Of a stretch of 64,000 nucleotides of DNA, positions 61,410 to 64,000 are shown piece by piece. The stretch comes from Felis catus (taxonomy: Eukaryota), in contig NC_058383.1 of NCBI RefSeq assembly GCF_018350175.1, positions 29,514,001 to 29,578,000 on the forward strand, given 5' to 3'. The notes under the pieces are model-generated. The model made no database searches. It saw nothing but the letters and a program-made list of their open reading frames with translations, and was not told where the DNA came from. A program made the position numbers and the translations under genes. Each line of letters begins with the position of its first letter. Position 1 is the first letter of the stretch.

Positions 61410-62042
61410 TAGCGGGCTGCACTGCCTGGTGTCCATCCCCCCCCCCATCCACATCCACTCGGAATCTCAGAATGTGACCTTATTTAGAAATAGGGTCTTT
61501 TATTTTGGGAGGGGGAGGGGCAGAGAGAGAGAGGGATAGAGCAAGAATCCTAAGCAGGCTCTGTAATGTCAGTGCAGAGACTGATGCAGGGCTCGAACTC
61601 ACGAACCGTGAGATCATGACCTGAGCCAAGATCAAGAGTCAGATGCTTAACCGAGGGGGGGGGGCCCAGGAGCCCCCCCCCCCCACCAGACATAGTTATT
61701 AAGATGAGCTCCTACTGGATTAGGGTAGGCCTAAACACAATGACTGGTGTCCTTCTAAGAAGAGGAGAGGACACACGGGGACAGAAGAAAGAGGCCATGT
61801 GAATGCTGAGGCAGAGATTGGAGTGACACAGACATGTGGCAGGAACTTCAGGCATTTCTGGCAGCCACCAGAAGCTGGAAGAAGCAAGGAAGGTTCTCCC
61901 TTAGAGCTTCTGGAAGGCACACGGCCCTGGTGACGGCCTGATTTTGGACTGCTGGCCTTCAAACTGTGGAGAGCTGTCAAAGCATATATTTGCTCCCCAG
62001 TTTGTGGTATTTTGTTATGGCAGCGCTAGGAGACCCGTATAG
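61410..62042 (+). mobile_element. MaLR LTR (MLT1C-like) split by a SINE
   Basis: ctcagaatgtgaccttatttagaaatagggtcttt...gaggcagagattggagtga...ccaccagaagctggaagaagcaaggaagg. Confidence 0.9.
61497..61680 (-). mobile_element. Can-SINE
   Basis: Reverse SINE with altered head. Confidence 0.9.
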
Positions 62043-62159
62043 ATAGGGAGGTAAGGATTCCCCTATCTTTGGTGAGTTCAGTCTATTTGTGTTACAAAAG
62101 TCCCAGCACTGCTTCCTGTTGAGGTCTCGCCCAGATGGCCTCGAAGGGTAGCCTCAGCA

Positions 62160-63050
62160 GTGGGCTTCCCCCAAGCAACTGTGGGGCCAGGGGGCCATAT
62201 GCCATATGGCTAAAGTATTTAAAGCTATAAATAAAACTGTGTTTAAAAATTATTAAACCGGGTGCCTGGGTGGCTCAGTCAGTCAGTTAAGTGTCTGACT
62301 GTGGCTCAGGTCACGATTCGTTGAGTTTAAGCCCCGCTTTGGGCTCTCTGTTGTCGGCAGTGTGGAACCTTCTTCAGATTCTCTGCCCCTCCCCCTCTCT
62401 CTTTGCCCCTCCCCTCCTCTCTGCCGCTCCCCCTTCCCCTCCTGCACATGCGCTCCCTCTTCCTCTCAAAAATAAATAAGAACTTAAAAAAAAATTGTTC
62501 TACTTCTCCGTTGATGAATGTATTTTCCTAACCACTTGGGGAGCCAAGCTTGGATTTATAATTCTTTCAAGCTCCTTGGTGGTCTGAAATATTATTGTTG
62601 TAAAGACACTTGAATGCCCTTTCCTCATGGCTCCTGGCTCCTTCCTACATCATAACGGGCCTTGTGGGAATACTGCGGACACTCCAGCCCGCGTGTCCGG
62701 GCTTCGTCTGTACTCCACACAACCCACTGTGCTTGGTCACTGGTCAGGCCCAGGGGTGCAAATGTCTGTACTGTGGTTCTCCCTGGGGAGGATGGACCTA
62801 GGAAAGAGGCCGGCACCAGTGCTGGGTACAGGCTAGCACCATTTAGGTAGAAAATTCTGGGTCCTGGCTATTCAGAACATGGTCTAGAAGGCAGGGGACA
62901 TGCAGGCCCCCAGAATTCCCCACCCAGATAGGTCTGCGCTTACTTGCAGGGCCTGTGGTGTCCCCACCTGCTGGGGAGGAGTGTGGCGAAAAGAGGGATG
63001 GAGCAAAGCCTTGTAAAGCCGCCCGGGGCCCGGGTCTAAGGGAGTGGCTG
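62160..63050. mobile_element. Possible hAT-Tip100 element (FordPrefect-like)
   Basis: Recalled similarity of the end cccgggtctaagggagtggctg and internal ggatggacctaggaaagaggcc; not verified. Confidence 0.35.
62260..62494 (+). mobile_element. Can-SINE
   Basis: Head gggtgcctgggtggctcagtc, A tail. Confidence 0.92.
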
Positions 63051-63245
63051 CTTAGCACTTTGTCACACTGCCCCAAAAGATCCAACCCAACAGCACATTG
63101 AAGACAAGTAGATAATTCATTAATAGTTTGGTGGGACATCAGAGAAAGGAACCACGTTTCAAGCCACAGCAGATACTCTTACAGGTCTCTGTCCTGTTGT
63201 TTAAGGTCTTCTCCCAATCACAGAGCCTCTAAAAAACAAGATTTC

Positions 63246-63264
63246 TTAACATTTACTTATTTTT

Positions 63265-63295
<31 letters not shown>

Positions 63296-63473
63296 AGAGG
63301 CAGAGCATGAGTCGGGGAGGGGCAGAGAGAGAGGGAGACACAGAATCCGAAGCAAGCTCCAGGCTCTGAGCTGTCAGCACAGAGCCCGACGTGGGGCTTG
63401 AACCCATAGACCGTGAGATCATGACCTGAGCCGAAGCTGGACGCTTAACTGACTGAGCCACCCAGGCACCCCC
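63246..63473 (-). mobile_element. Can-SINE
   Basis: Reverse SINE; aagatttctt on both flanks. Confidence 0.95.
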
Positions 63474-63959
63474 AAAATAAGATTTCTTTATGGAGAACAA
63501 TCTAGCTTTAACCTCATTCCCCCAGCAAAACAAAATCCAAGCCATCATCTATCAATGCACAAGCATATCTAGTGGGTGTGATAAAGTGTGACGGCCCCTC
63601 CCTTCCCTCAAAACAGCATATTACACTATTTACCAGAGGAAATCAAGGAGGGGACAGTGGCAGTATGAGACAGAGGGGCAATAGGTGAATCTTGCTGCTA
63701 AAAAAAAAAAACAGTTGAGTGCCTCCTATTTCGTAATCATTAAATAAAACAGAAGATGGAACACGACTGTATATTTAAAAGAATGATATAACATGACTGA
63801 GTACAGTTTAGTTCCATCAGTCACAAATGCAAGGATAGTTCAATAGTAGAAAATGTATGGATTCATCACACAGGTCACAGAAGAAAACCATATCAGCTAA
63901 CAGAAGTCAACTTTCTTTCTTCTTGCAATACTCCTATTAAACCGGACAGAGGTTAGAGT

Positions 63960-64000
63960 GCTTGGGTGGTTCCGTCAGTTAAGTGTCTGACTTTGGTTGA
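63960..64000 (+). mobile_element. Can-SINE head, cut by the window end
   Basis: gggtggttccgtcagttaagtgtctgactttgg. Confidence 0.7.

Noticed and set aside
1..64000. CRISPR array, prokaryotic system, rRNA, numt or processed pseudogene
   Set aside because: Dispersed repeats are irregularly spaced SINEs; no repeat-spacer periodicity or recognisable sequence of these kinds was seen

Overview
Mammalian (felid, probably cat-lineage) genomic DNA, identified by about 33 carnivore tRNA-derived SINEs (Can-SINE; two copies look like the young SINEC_Fc type). The window is non-coding and repeat-rich: decayed L1, L2, MIR, MLT1/MLT2 LTRs and hAT/Tigger fossils, often nested with visible target-site duplications (TSDs). 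I cannot support any protein-coding exon, and the ORF track looks like noise from repeats and GC-rich sequence. Unique sequence suggests the 5' or intronic part of a minus-strand gene that I cannot name: a GC/CpG-rich promoter at about 46.0-47.6 kb, candidate exons ending ATG|GT at 45963 and 23794, and several enhancer-like motif clusters. The most unusual structure is an approximately 100-bp inverted duplication of apparently unique sequence (52171-52272 / 53082-53183, 72/73 identical core) in an AP-1-rich block next to a candidate plus-strand TATA/MEF2-Inr-first-exon unit. Repeat subfamily names come from recalled consensus sequences, not a search, and repeat boundaries are approximate. Nothing here demonstrates a new biological system.
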